In this document: one piece after another, positions 26,554 through 39,401 of the stretch | Numbering within the stretch: position 1 is the stretch's first letter | Layout of the letters: each line of letters starts with the position of its first letter | NCBI GenBank assembly: GCA_964247055.1 | Contig: OZ176052.1 | Coordinates: 6,138,001-6,202,000, forward strand | Direction: 5' to 3' | DNA length: 64,000 nucleotides | Source of the DNA: Paragordius varius | Taxonomy: Eukaryota; Animalia; Nematomorpha | Notes under the pieces: model-generated | Seen by the model: the letters and a program-made list of their open reading frames with translations, nothing else | Told to the model about the DNA's origin: nothing | Database searches by the model: none | Translations under genes and position numbers: made by a program

Positions 26554-28678
26554 GTTAAATATGGATTGAATTAAATATTTTCACATGAATTTTCATATTT
26601 TCATTTGAGCTCTTAACACACATTATCACATTTTTAAGAAACTATAGAAAAAGGTTTAAAGATTCTTGGTAAAAAGGCTTAAAAACTAGTTTGGTAATTT
26701 TTTAATATTTATTGCATAGTAACAATATTTAATTCATAGTTATTGCACAATTTGCCGACACCAAAATTTATATGGCGGTGTTGCAATAAAATAAAAAATA
26801 AAATTATTTTTTTTAATCTTAATTTTATGCTATCTAATGGGATACATACGGGCTACTCACATAATATTTTTTGAATTTAAAATCAATATTCCGATTGTGG
26901 ATATACACCATATATATGTAATATATATAAAATTGATAAATAAATTGATTTTTTCGCAAAGTATTGTAACAATTTAATTTACACAAGTGGTAGTAAATTA
27001 AATTTAAAAGACTGGCTATATATATAATATATGGAGGATGACACAGTTATTAAAGTGATACATGTTTGGGATTTTTTTTTATTAGATACAAGATAATTTT
27101 ATTTTTTACCACATAAGGTATATATGAATATACCTAAAAAATTAATTAATTTATAAAAAACATTATTTGATAGGTATATGAGCCAAAATTTATAAGTTGA
27201 AATAGATATACTAAAAAAATTTACATATAAATTGGAAATTGATTTATTTATTATTTCAACAAAGTTTTCGGATGGACGACTACAAAGATAGATTGCATTA
27301 AAAGGCAATAAAAAAATTTTCATTGAGATTATTGGTATTATTATATTAGCTTTGTTCTTCTGTGATTGGATTTTAATTATAATATCTATTTGACGTAAAT
27401 TGCCATTGTAAATACAATTTTTTCTATTTGGGATAATTGTTAAATATTAAGCCATGTCGGTCTGATAATATTGTTAAGCTTTTAGTATTGATACTATTAA
27501 GATAAAAATCGCACTAAAATTCCTTACTCATACGCCATAAATAAAATGCTAAATTTGTTGTTGATGATTGTAAAATGGTTTACTGTCGATAAAAGCCTAA
27601 AATTTTTTAGTGCGTTCTCATTATACCTATCAAAATACTAAAATTTATAATATATGGAGCCTTATACGTTGTATTATAACGTGTTGAGGGGCATTATATT
27701 AACGAAGGTCAAATCAAATGTGAAAAATAATTTTTGTATTCTTGTCATTCTTTAAATTAATTGCTGTGCAGTCAGAGTTCTACATGTCTCTTATCATAAT
27801 TCACAATATTTAAAATTCTACTTAAATCATTTTCTAAAATAAAATAATGATTACCTTTCCGCGGTAAAAGCCGTTATGGTTAAAACTGAAGCATTGTAAG
27901 ATGCCTCACTCACAATAGATCGCGTTATACAAAAGGCATCGCCCGAATTATAGGAAAAATTTGGATCATATAAGGAAACAATTTCAGCCGGTAGGCCGAA
28001 CGTAAGAACTAGAAGATCAGATATAGCCAGACTTATCAAATAAAAGTTAGTTGGTGTATGCATATATCTGTTGCGCCACACAACTAGGCAAGTTGATAAA
28101 TTTCCCAAAACACCAGCAATCATTATACTAATGTATATGGCTACAAACAGCGTTATCAGTTTAGATTGATTTGATGTATGCTGACCCTTAGTTTCATTTT
28201 TTGTGTGAGACGATAATAGGGTTGTATTTCCACCATTATATATTGTAGTAGCGCTTGTTGTCCCATCTAAAAAGTTGTAAGTGGGATTATTCGTACTACC
28301 CAAAATAGAATTGTTATATTCAAATATGTTTGTGATGTTTTGCGTTAGACTATTTGCGAATTCAGATAAAATTGATGGGCTAGTATTATTGTTATCATAT
28401 ATATTGGAACTTCTTTCAAACCTTTTTATAAAACTTAATTTGTTTTTTAAATAATTTGGAGACACTGTACTTTGATTGGAATTCGAAGATGTGATAATAC
28501 CCTGTGAGTACCGTGTAAATGCATTTTGTTGAATAGAATGATGCAAGGTGTTTGAATTAATGGTGGATGCTAAATATCCGGTTTTATTTGCTGCAAGAAA
28601 GGATAATTTCAAAAGATTTTTCAATTGTCGAAAATTAATTTCAGATGTTATTTCATCAGCACTAATATGATACGGCAT
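18274..28678 (-). CDS. Rhodopsin-family neuropeptide GPCR of the PRXamide (pyrokinin/CAPA)/neuromedin U receptor group, about 1019 aa
   Basis: Exons 28678-27855, 26287-24720 and 18941-18274 total 3060 nt, in frame. Motifs: GVLGNLSTCLVV, TPTNFYLISLAISDLL, SEASYNASVLTITAFTAERFLAIYYP, MLIAVVICFFICYAPNQAQRL, SGILFYVSATINPIIYN. The family call rests on remembered similarity to PK/CAPA/NMU receptors; the ligand is unknown. Confidence 0.88.
19291..20415. mobile_element. Family C non-autonomous DNA element, copy 1
   Basis: TIR CACTAGACAACAAATTT / AAATTTGTTGTCCAGTG; TTA flanks on both sides; about 1.1 kb; in intron 2 of the neuropeptide GPCR. Confidence 0.78.
20643..21667. mobile_element. Family C copy 2 (direct orientation, 227 bp downstream of copy 1)
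   Basis: taa|cactagaaaaaacaaattt ... aaatttgttgtctagtg|caa; colinear similarity to 19291-20415. Confidence 0.75.
21896..22475 (-). mobile_element. MITE family A copy 2
   Basis: Reverse complement of copy 1 along its length: ttaa|cacttcgattcaaattgggg ... gtatccaagtg|gtaa. Confidence 0.8.
26517..26548. repeat. (TA)n microsatellite
   Basis: Pure TA run; similar runs at 6368-6393, 29455-29477 and 32063-32079. Confidence 0.9.
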
Positions 28679-30417
28679 TAACTGTTTTCTTTTAAATTTA
28701 CTTTTACTTACGACGGAAATATCAATAAAATATTATTATGCAAAACTATTGGTTTATTGTTGTCATCATAATTTATCAAAAAAATATAGTTTTTCTTTGC
28801 ACAAAAATATGGATAAGTTAAGTTGATCTATATTTACACCAAAATTTTTTTAACCATTATATTATTGGATCTAAAATTCCAAAAATATTTTCCATGGTGC
28901 TTGTTGTTTTATCATCGCGGTAAAATTTAGAAGAAATTTTTTTGCTGTTTTAAATGGAACAGTTACATTTCAAAATAAATATACCCTGAAAATGCGCATG
29001 GATAAAACACACCGTTATAAAACTATTATTTTTCTGTGTGATTTATGAATCAGTTTATTGTACCATTTAATATTTTTTAAAAAAAAAACATAGTTTTGAT
29101 AATTAAGTATGCATAAATTTTATATGTATGTCTGCACCTTTGAATGATTTATAATTGTTCGATGATAATGAACATTATGAGATAAATTAAGAAGAGTGGA
29201 AGTGATTGGGGAAAAAAAAGTATATCGCGAATTGATAAATATTGCATTGGATATACACAGCCATACTCTGCAAAAAAATTGTACGGAATAAAATTTTTTA
29301 AATACTTCAGATTAATTCAATCAATTTTTGTGGACCATTGAATGTAAAAGAGTTCGTTGTCTGAACAAAATATTTGATAATCATAAATTTCCAATTTTTT
29401 ATTTTAAATATTTCAATAACAGTATATTGATTATAAAAAATCATGATAAAATCATATATATATATATATATATATATCATTTTTATTAATATTTAACTAT
29501 TTTTCTCCGTGATGTTAAGCGAAAATGTATAAAATCTTAAGTATGTGTTAAGTAAATACATTTTTTTCTAACAAAAAGTCAAGTGTTTTTGCAAAAAAAT
29601 CTACAATTATGATAAAGACAAAAAAAACATTCACTTCCCCAATAAAAAATTGGGATGTATTATACCAAGCAATATTATTAATTTTTCGGAAATCATTGGA
29701 TAAATATTCATTTTTAATGAATTTTATTTAAAAAATGATTATTATTATTATTATATATTGATTTATAAAATTATTTTATAACATATTTTTTCAATAAAAA
29801 TATATATATTATAATAATAATAACACCATGTTAAATAAACAAAAAAGTTCATATATTATGTGTATCTGGACAGTCAAAATTCAATTACTTAATATTTATC
29901 TATTGCGCATTTACCTGTAATTCTTTTGAAAACTTTTTAAAATTAAAGTTTTATCTAAAAATGCTTAAAATTAAAAAAATTTTCATTTAATATTGACAAA
30001 AAATTTAACTCTCAATTTTTTTATAGTAATTTGATATATTTTCATCATCAATATTATATTTGTCAACAATTTGCATATTTATCAGAAAATTATTTTAAAA
30101 AAATCGATCAATCACTTTGAACCCATTTAATACGGGTTAGTCGATTAGACTTGACATAAGTAAGAATACGATATTCAACATAATTAGTAACATTTAATTT
30201 GAAAGATTTCTTAATTATAGTTAAATAATTTATCAAATTTTTGCTAATAATTTTCTATTATGTTTGTTGGTTATTAAACAATAGTTGATAGCTTTACACA
30301 CACGGTCATTATATATATCTTTAGGATTTTTAAGCAAAATGATTGAGAAAGAATTCAAATTTGTAGCCGAAGAATTATATCTTTTGACCTATATTAAATT
30401 CGTCATTTATACTGTTA

Positions 30418-33400
30418 CACTGTGTGCAAAAAAAATTTTGAAATTTGCCCTAAAAGTTTTTATTTGTTTACGACCTAGGTTTTGAAATATTGAGAGAAAA
30501 CCGAAATCGGGCAAAAAGCGAAAATTAAGGATAATTTAGAATAATTCAAAAAATAATGATAAAATTTGAAATATCATGGTTTATTATCATTTTATGAGAT
30601 ATTTAAAATATATAAATAGCATAAAACCATATATTTAGGGTTTCTATAAAATCTCAGGTCAAAAGATGGCTTTTTCTTTTAACACACTTAGTTTTTTTAT
30701 AAAACTACATTAAAATATTTTTTAATTTTACTAGCTAAACTCACTATTAAAATCTTAACATCCATATTTTATTCAGTAAAAAAACACTTATATATCAAAA
30801 TAAAACTAAATAATATAGTTTTTTATTTTTTCATTTTTTTGTCATCTGGGTTATGAGTGTATAAAAAATTAATACTGTTTAATTTTGGAATCTCTAGAGC
30901 AGTGATACTCAAACCGCGGCCCTAAGAGTGCTTTAAAATTGCCCTATGACCATATTGATACTAAAATTATTTTTTTTATTGATGAAATTTAAAATACACA
31001 TAATCGGATTTTCGCTTATTTCAATATTAATTTATTTTATTTAGATTTAAGTTTGGTAATTTTAATTTTTACCCAATTTGAAATGTAAACAAATTTCCCT
31101 ACGTTAAAATGATTTCAAAATTTTGGAATACGTTGTTTTTGTTTCTGCATTCTATTTTCTTTTTTTAGTTTTGAAATTATTACACTCCTTTTTTGTATTT
31201 AAGCAATTTCATCCAAACTTGCATATATATATTCTTTTCATTGCTATCCTGCATGATTTTTTATAACTCATTTCTTAAATATTTTCAAATCAACATCATT
31301 AAATTTCGACCTATTTTTTTATGGCATTCAAATTATTTTCTTTTTTTGAAAAAATTTACATAATATTTAAACATAAATTCAAAGGATGACATCTAATGCT
31401 GAAAAACGTAAATTATCCAATAAAAATCGCATCTTTTAAAGAGAATGGGAAGAAAAATTCTTTGTCGTTTTAATTAAAATTTTAGCCTCATATGTAAGGA
31501 CAATATAATTAAAATACAATATTGAAAGACATTTTACAATCCATCATTCTCACAAACCAGAAAATCACGAGGAAAGAAACGAAAAATATTAAAAATTAAG
31601 GAATTATACCAGGAAGAAAAATCTACTATGTCCATAGCTTCCTCCCTGGAAAGAGCTGTAACATTAGCTTCATATGTAATTTGCTATATTTTTGGAAAAA
31701 ATATAAAACCGTTTACTGATTGCCAATTAATAAAAGAAAGTATAATAAATGGTTGCACTTTTTTATTTGATAAATTCCATAGTAAAGATCAAATCATGAG
31801 GCTAATTAAAAATCTTCAACTTTCTGATTCAACATGTGCTCGACGCATTATCTGAATATATTTAATGGCTTTGAAAAACTACAAATATTTTAGTATTGCT
31901 ATTGATTGAGCACTGATATTAGTTCAGCTCCTCAGTGTGCGCTCTTATGAGATTTTGCAACGACAACATATCAACTGGGAATATTTAAAACTTTTACCAA
32001 TATATAATACCACTAAAGAGAGTGATTTTCTCGAATAATTAGCACTTTTTTTTTAATAATTATATATATATATATATATGAATAAATTGGTTTCGATCTG
32101 CACAGATGGCTGTCCCTCTATGATTGGAAACAAAGGATTTATTCCTCTTTTGAAAAACAAATATAATTTGCAAAATATTTGATCATTTCACTGCTTCCAT
32201 CAGCAAAACCTGGTTTTGCGTGTAAAAGCTGAATACTCAATTTAGTAATTTAAAACGGTTGTGGATATAGTAAACCAGAGGGGTAGAGAATTCTACCACC
32301 GTTTCTGAAAGCTATCCACAATGAACTTAATGATATTCCTTTGTATACCTGTGAGATGGTTAAGCCTTAAATAGATTTTTTGTTTTGAGACATGAATTAT
32401 TTATAAATGATAACAGAAAGTTTGACGAGGAAATTAATAGAGACAAATGGTGGGTTTTATTAGCCTACCTTTGTGACATTACTTATAAACTTAGTATTTT
32501 AAATACAAGTCAAGGGACAAAAATAATAACCCAATTTGCTAATGGAGATAAATTTAATCATAGACAATTATTTAATTTTATCTAATGAGATGAAATTCAG
32601 ATTTCAGGAATTAAGAAATATTAAAAATTGCTTAAAACTTGAAAATCCCTGGCATATTGATATATCCAATATTAAGCAACTTGGGCATTTCGGTTTTGAT
32701 CAGGTGCTATCATTGAAATCGTTTTTAAAAATGATTCCAATATGGAGGCTATATTCAAGAGAATCGTAGAGTAGAAATATATGAGAGTTTTTGCAAGATG
32801 TGCCAAATAAATATGAAAATACAAAAAAATTGCTCAAGTTATCCTAACTGTTTTTCCCTACCCTTACACGTTTGAGACGGCATATTCAAGGATGAAGTAT
32901 GTCAAGAATAATCGCTTAACCGATGATCATACAAACGACGTATTAAGATTCGCCTGTCATGAGTAGAAACCAAATTTGTCAAAATTATTGATTAATATCA
33001 AAATAAATGTTGTTATCAAAATATTTTAATTTTTTAAATTAAATGGTGCAAAACGAGTTTTTAGCTGGATCACATCCGCAAAAATATTATTGTGCTGATT
33101 TAAAGTATTAATAAGTGCATATGTGTCAAATAGCTATATGATATTTGCCATTATAAAGTTCATGGCCCTCGAAAAAAAAATATATTTAATTTGGCCCTTC
33201 AAATTTTTTTGGTGAGTACCACTGCTCTAGAGACTGGGATAAATTATATAATTTATGCAAAATAATATATACAGGAAATCAAAATCCGTAAAAATCCCAA
33301 TAAAAATATTAATTTGTCTTAAAACAGATTTGTTACATGAATTTTGAGGATTGTTGGTTGATATTCCGCTACTTTTAAGTCCTATTTTGCATAAATAATA

Positions 33401-33908
33401 TAGTTTATCCACTCATGTAAGATTCCAAAATAAAACAGTTTAAATTAATTATACACCCACAAACCAGATGACAAAAAAATGGAAAAATAAAAACCATATT
33501 TTTTGGTTTTATTTTGATATATAAGTTTTTTTTACTGAATAAAATATGGATGTTACGATTTTAATAGTGAGTTTAGCTAGTAAATAATTAAAAAAATATT
33601 TAATATAGTTTTATAAAAGAAATTCGTCTATTTAAATGCATCTTTTGTCCTGAGATTTTACAGAAACCTTAAATATATAATTTTAAGCTATTTATACATT
33701 GAAAATATCTTATAAACTATAATATCTCAAAATTTATCATTATCCTTAATTTTCAGTTTTTGCCCGATTTTGATTTTTTCTCGATATTACAAAAACTAGG
33801 TCATCAACAAATGAAAATTTTTGCGGCAAATGAATGCGCTGGTCATAAGCTATCACATGAAAAAAAAATTTTGCTAAGAAAAATTAACCCTCTTTTTTGC
33901 ACACAGTG
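30418..33908. mobile_element. Family B foldback-like non-autonomous element (about 480-bp inverted arms), interrupted by the hAT at 30900
   Basis: tta|CACTGTGTGCAAAAAA ... TTTTTTGCACACAGTG|tta (3-bp TTA duplication). Arm 30418-30891 is the inverted copy of about 33418-33908, with a unique core at 33233-33417. CAC...GTG ends with a TWA TSD suggest the CMC superfamily (Chapaev3/EnSpm-like); this is an inference. Confidence 0.75.
30900..33224 (+). mobile_element. Decayed hAT DNA transposon (Charlie/SPIN/GTF2IRD2-type transposase)
   Basis: TIRs CAGTGATACTCA.../...TGAGTACCACTG. Perfect 8-bp TSD CTCTAGAG at 30892-30899 and 33225-33232. Internal transposase relics with many stops and frameshifts (KREWEEKFFVV; ASYVICYIFGKNIKPFTDCQLIKE...LQLSDSTCARRI; ICTDGCPSMIG; RDKWWVLLAYLCDIT). 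Confidence 0.9.
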
Positions 33909-34500
33909 TTATAGGTTGTATGTCAAAACATAAATTTATATCTTCATTCAAAATGAAATTAACATGATTAAAAATTCTGCTTATTAACCCAGTGCTTGAA
34001 GTGTTTGTAACTTTAAGCTTAAACTTCCTCCGAAAATCCGAGACTCTACCAAATAATTTCACCAAAATGTCATTATTTTTAAATTAAAAAATATAGATAC
34101 TATCATTGGCCGGTACAAAAATGATTTTTTGTGCGAAAAAAATCCACAAGTACAAACGAATTTTTATGAAGCGTTAAAATGCTTTTTTATATTTTGACAA
34201 CACATTTTCGAAATTGGTATTTTATCATTTAATTAATCGAGTAGTACTCATTAAAAAATTTAATTCCATAAAATATGACAAATATTGCATAGCTGTTCAA
34301 TCGGCTGATATTTATACGTTAATAAAGTACAAAAAATTAATTTAGAAGGGGCACGTAAAGCTCTTTTGGGTCGCGGTTGTAATATCATTGTTTAAGACCT
34401 TACAAAACTGTAAAAATAAAAGTTTTTAAACTAAAATTTAAGTTAAAATTTAGATAATCATACTTCACCCTTAACTTTAATATTTTATTCCAAATTTAAT

Positions 34501-35108
34501 TGAACACTTGGATAGAACACATTCATCTCATCCTTCTATTTAAATTGGGGTAGTCAAGCCTTACACTTGGATACAACACATAGATTTAAATTGGGTTAGT
34601 TGGATACCCCAGGCCTGTTTAAAATTAAATTCATTAAAAAACATGGAAGGAATCAAAACCATCCCAAATTGCACTTATATAAGATTAAGAAACCGAAATA
34701 TATAAAAAGTTTTACTCAAAAATATGATATTACTTATTTTAAGCTAAACCGAAAGGTAAAAATTAGTCAACGTGACATGTGTGCAAGGGCAAATTGAAGA
34801 ATAATACAAAATAAATCGCTTTTTAATGATGGATGTGATTCAAATAAAAAATTAGCTTTATTACCCTTAAAACTAAGAAGACATTTTGCAAATATTTTGT
34901 AAAATAAAAATGGCGTCGAAGTAATTTGACATGAGACTTTTTTTTCAAAACAAAATTTTATTTAGATATTTTGGCATATTTATATAATTTTTATTAGGAT
35001 AGAAGCATAAATTTAAATTGGGACCGTTTCATTCAGTAGTTTTTTAAAAATCATAACTCAAATTTAGTCTGGGGTAGTTAAATGCCCCTTTTTGAATCTA
35101 GGTGTTAA
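34501..35108 (+). mobile_element. MITE family A copy 3 (left end duplicated)
   Basis: cacttggata occurs at 34505 and again at 34564; the body matches copy 1; it ends ggtg|ttaa. Confidence 0.75.
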
Positions 35109-36100
35109 ATGAAATAATTCAAAAAATCTGGGATGAATTAAAACCTATGGTAAAAATTTTCACATTTATAATACTAATAAACCGAAATATATAAAAACGA
35201 AAATACTTGATATTACTAATAAGGTAAAACAAATTTAGTCAACATGACGTGTGCGCTTAGCTAAATTAAAAATATCACAAAATAAAGCTCTTTTTCTGTT
35301 TCTATCAATGTTAGTGATAACACTTCGATTCAAATTGGGGTATCTAAATACCCCAGACTAAATTAAAATTAATATTTTTATAAAACTACTGAAGGAAACG
35401 GTCCCAATTTAAATTTATGCTTCTATCCTAATAAAAATTATATAAATAGGCCAAAATATCTAAATAAAATTTTGTTTTGAAAAAAAAGTTTCATGTCAAA
35501 CTACTTCGACGCCATTTTTATTTTACAAAATATTTGCAAAATGTCGTCTTTTTTTAGTTTTAAGGGTAAAATTAAACTAATTTTTTAATAAATTTACATC
35601 TAACATTGATAGAAATAGAAAAAGTGGTTTATTTTGTATTATTTTTTAATTTTATCATTTCACACATGTCACTTTGACGAAATTTTTACCTTTCGGTTTT
35701 AGCTTAAAATAAGTAATATCAAGTATTTTTGTATAAATTTTTTTTATATTCGGTTTATTAATGTTATATAAGTGCAAAATTTTGCCTTGGTTTTGATTCC
35801 TTCCATACTTTTTAAATATTTGATTTTAAATAGGCCTGGGGTATCCAACTACCCCAAGTTGAATCGAAGGATTAAAATGAGTGTGTTGCATCCAAGTGTT
35901 AAATGAGAAATCACATTTTAGCTTTAAATTCAAATTAACACAATATTTTGCGAAAATGTTGTAGAATAAAAATGTCGTCGAAGTAGTTTGATATGGAACT
36001 TATTTTCACAACTAAATTTTATTTAGATATATCGGTTTATTTATATATTTTTTTAGGATAGAAGCATAAAAAACTTGGGATCGTTTCTTTCAGTAGTTAA
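35109..36100 (+). mobile_element. Older MITE family A copy 4, split by copy 5
   Basis: Diverged family-A body at 35109-35316 resumes at 35903-36100 (aaaaatgtcgtcgaagtagtttga, ggatagaagcataaa). Confidence 0.65.
35317..35902 (-). mobile_element. MITE family A copy 5, nested in copy 4
   Basis: ataa|cacttcgattcaaattgggg ... gcatccaagtg|ttaa. Confidence 0.8.
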
Positions 36101-36253
36101 ATTACTTTAGAATCCATTTATCATATAAAGTCCAAAAAGCAATGAAGTGCTAATATTGTTTTCTCTCTGTCATGTGCATATCATTTTGTTCATTAATTTC
36201 AGATGTTTTTTTAGCAGACGAATTATATGCGGGATATTTAAATAAGTAAATGT

Positions 36254-39200
36254 ATGAATTATCCTTTAAATAATTTGCAACAACACATTTCTTTGTATAG
36301 AAAAAATAAAAGATCTTCCTCATCCTATGTCCCTGAAGCCACTGAAAATTTGCCAATTGTGACTGATAATATCTATATAAATTTGAATTTATCGAAATCC
36401 CCACCTAAAAAATTAGTTGCTCATGTAACACCATTTATTGTAAATGACATTCCAAATCAAATTATAAAGAATGACTCTAATGATGTGATAGATGAATTGG
36501 AAGGAAAATGTAATTCATTAATAATCCAGGGTGATGTGCAGAGCAGCACGCACTTTTTACAAACAATAAAAGATAAAATTTGTGATTTGACAGACAATGG
36601 AATCAATTGTAATTGGGATAATTTATCGGGCTTGCAAAAAATCAAATCGAATTTAGTCCAATTTTTAGATAATCACAAAGCAAAGGAAATTCCCACTCAA
36701 ATAGACAATGATCTAGCATTACTCAATTTTTCGGATGATGATGAAATTCTAAATGCAGAGGAATGCTTCGGTGATATATCAACCATATCGGTCTCTAAAA
36801 AACCTCTTTTCAAAGAAGAGCAAGCAGATGATGGTAGAACTAAGGAGTTTCAAGGAATGGATTTCGCTCATTCGTCGTCAGTTGATGAAGTTTTTAAACA
36901 GGTTTTTGGGTTGAAAGAGTTTAGACACAATCAATTACAAGCCATTAATGCCGCACTCCTTAATCATGATTGTTTTATTTTAATGCCCACTGGTGGTGGT
37001 AAAAGTTTATGTTATCAGCTTCCTGCGATAATAACCGAAGGAGTTACCATAGTTATTGCACCTTTAAGGGCTTTGGTTCAAGATCAAGTTCAAAAATTGC
37101 ACTCCTTAGATATACCAGCAACGTTTTTATTAGGTGATATGACTGTCTCCCAAATTAATGAAATATACAATATTCTCTTTTTGGATGACCCAGGTATTAA
37201 GTTACTCTATTGCACGCCCGAAAAAATTAGCTGCAGCGAAAGATTTATTAAAGTTCTTGAATCACTATATGAACGTGGGCTTTTGGCCCGTTTTGTGATT
37301 GATGAAGCACATTGTGTCAGTCAATGGGGACATGATTTTCGGCCTGATTATAAAAAACTAGGAATGCTCCGCCAACGTTTTAAGGATGTTCCAATTATGG
37401 CACTGACTGCTACAGCTACCTTCAGGGTCAGAAAAGACATCTTACATCAACTAGGGTTAACGGTTCCAAAATGGTTTGTTCAAAGCTTTAACCGTCCAAC
37501 CCTTAAATATTTGGTGATTCCGAAAAAGGGGAAAAGTTGTATCCCACAAATATGTCAATTAATCATGGAAAATGGTTTATCCGAGCAATCTGGTATCATT
37601 TACTGTTTATCTCGTAATGAATGCGAACAAGTAGCTTTAAGTATGCACCAAGAAGGATTTTCCGCTGCTGCATATCATGCTGGCCTAGATTCCAAGGATC
37701 GAAATCGACTTCAGGATGATTGGTTGGCCGATAAATATAAAATTATTTGTGCAACAATCGCCTTTGGAATGGGGATAGATAAACCGGACGTCCGATATGT
37801 CATTCATTACAGTTTGCCAAAGTCTCTTGAGGGTTATTACCAAGAATCAGGCCGAGCTGGAAGGGATGGGGAAAATGCGTTATGCGTGCTTTTCTACAGC
37901 TATAAGGATAGCATACGACTAAAGCGAATCATTCAAAACGAAACCAATACCTCTCATAAAAGCGTTCACCTTGAAAATTTAAATCAAGTAGTTCAATATT
38001 GTGAAAATAAGACTGATTGTAGACGGGCTCAGTTGTTAGATTATTTTGGGGAAAATTTTGATTCTGATGAATGTAAACAATCGCCAGATACAACTTGCGA
38101 TAATTGTACCCAAAAATGTTCTTATTCAATCATTCCAATAACAGAGGACGCTATTGCAGTCGCTCAATGCGTTGCCGTGTTGACAACTAAACGACGCATT
38201 AATATTACTTTGACACAACTTGTAGATATTTTCCGCGGAAATAATACGGCTAAAATTTCAGCAGAAGGATTCAATACATTACCCATATACGGCAAAGGAT
38301 CATCTTATAACAGAAATGATGCTGAGAGATTGGTACGAAAATTGGTGCTAGAAAAATTTTTAGCTGAAAAATTAACAATTAGTAGTTATGATCAAGTAAT
38401 ATCATATGTAAATACTGGTCCACGTTACTTGGAATTAATTTCTGGAAACTTAAAACTTGATATGCCGGTAACAAAAAAATCTGGTCGAACAGCTGGAGAA
38501 AATCGTCGAAACGTACATGGAAACGGTTCTAAATATAATTCACTTCATGATACAGGTAATTCTCTGTTGGAATTACAAAATACATGTTTTAAAGAACTCC
38601 TTGCACTGTGTAAAGTTTTGGGACAAGAAATGAAAACTTCGTACATAAATATCCTATCATCAGATGCATTACGTGAAATGTCTCGTATGTTACCCATAAC
38701 AAAGGAAGAATTAAAAGAAATTACAGGAATGGGTGCTGGAAAACTGGCTAAATTTGGATCAAGGTTTTTAGCCATAACCGTACGTTACAATGAAAGGTTA
38801 AAGGAAATCGAGAAAAATAATCAGATAAAAAATGTTGCTTCCATAGGAAAACAAACTAATTCGACTCAAGTTACGATTTCTCCATACTTTGCTGTAAAGC
38901 CACGCATGGCTTCCACTCAAAAAAACAGTTTAAGCAATAAACGTAAATCAAAAACCATCACACCTACGGTGGCAAAGCGTAAAGTTAATAATTATAATAA
39001 TAACAATAAGGAGATTGGGCTTATGCCCATACCCCAATCTAATCATACTAGTCCTTCATTGAATTATACGATTAAAAACAAATATTCTACCACAAATGAT
39101 AACGATGAGGACGAATGGTTATCAAAAGAGGGCACAACCAACGGTTCATATAAATACATGAAAGGTAATCGGAAATTTACCGGCAAAAAATGGAATACAA

Positions 39201-39256
39201 AGCCATTTAAACCATTTTACAAAAAAACAAAAAGTGCATTTTATCGTAAAAAATAA
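36254..39256 (+). CDS. BLM: Bloom syndrome RecQ helicase (helicase + RQC + HRDC)
   Basis: 1000-aa ORF. Motif I MPTGGGKSLCYQLPA; DEAHCVSQWGHDFRPDY; ALTATA; YYQESGRAGRDG; RQC zinc motif CENKTDCRR...CDNC; winged helix; HRDC (ILSSDALREMSRMLPITKEELKEITGMG); basic C-terminal tail. The ATG at 36254 probably lies inside a 55-nt intron (gtaaat 36246 ... tttgtatag 36300), so the true 5' end may be upstream (candidate exon 36203-36245). Confidence 0.92.
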   Translation: MNYPLNNLQQHISLYRKNKRSSSSYVPEATENLPIVTDNIYINLNLSKSPPKKLVAHVTPFIVNDIPNQIIKNDSNDVIDELEGKCNSLIIQGDVQSSTHFLQTIKDKICDLTDNGINCNWDNLSGLQKIKSNLVQFLDNHKAKEIPTQIDNDLALLNFSDDDEILNAEECFGDISTISVSKKPLFKEEQADDGRTKEFQGMDFAHSSSVDEVFKQVFGLKEFRHNQLQAINAALLNHDCFILMPTGGGKSLCYQLPAIITEGVTIVIAPLRALVQDQVQKLHSLDIPATFLLGDMTVSQINEIYNILFLDDPGIKLLYCTPEKISCSERFIKVLESLYERGLLARFVIDEAHCVSQWGHDFRPDYKKLGMLRQRFKDVPIMALTATATFRVRKDILHQLGLTVPKWFVQSFNRPTLKYLVIPKKGKSCIPQICQLIMENGLSEQSGIIYCLSRNECEQVALSMHQEGFSAAAYHAGLDSKDRNRLQDDWLADKYKIICATIAFGMGIDKPDVRYVIHYSLPKSLEGYYQESGRAGRDGENALCVLFYSYKDSIRLKRIIQNETNTSHKSVHLENLNQVVQYCENKTDCRRAQLLDYFGENFDSDECKQSPDTTCDNCTQKCSYSIIPITEDAIAVAQCVAVLTTKRRINITLTQLVDIFRGNNTAKISAEGFNTLPIYGKGSSYNRNDAERLVRKLVLEKFLAEKLTISSYDQVISYVNTGPRYLELISGNLKLDMPVTKKSGRTAGENRRNVHGNGSKYNSLHDTGNSLLELQNTCFKELLALCKVLGQEMKTSYINILSSDALREMSRMLPITKEELKEITGMGAGKLAKFGSRFLAITVRYNERLKEIEKNNQIKNVASIGKQTNSTQVTISPYFAVKPRMASTQKNSLSNKRKSKTITPTVAKRKVNNYNNNNKEIGLMPIPQSNHTSPSLNYTIKNKYSTTNDNDEDEWLSKEGTTNGSYKYMKGNRKFTGKKWNTKPFKPFYKKTKSAFYRKK

Positions 39257-39401
39257 TTAATACGTGTACATCACTACCATATGCATCCATTTTTCAAAAA
39301 TGTATTTATAAATAGTTTGCATTTAATAACACATAATAAATAAAATATAATGAATAAAATTTTATAACAAGGTACATACATTACATATATATATAAATCT
39401 C

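Noticed and set aside
16602-28678. Neuropeptide GPCR nested inside an intron of the adhesion GPCR
   Set aside because: The missing TM7 exon (17276-17440) and a terminal exon (17659-17787) lie before the neuropeptide receptor's stop, so the genes are convergent, not nested.
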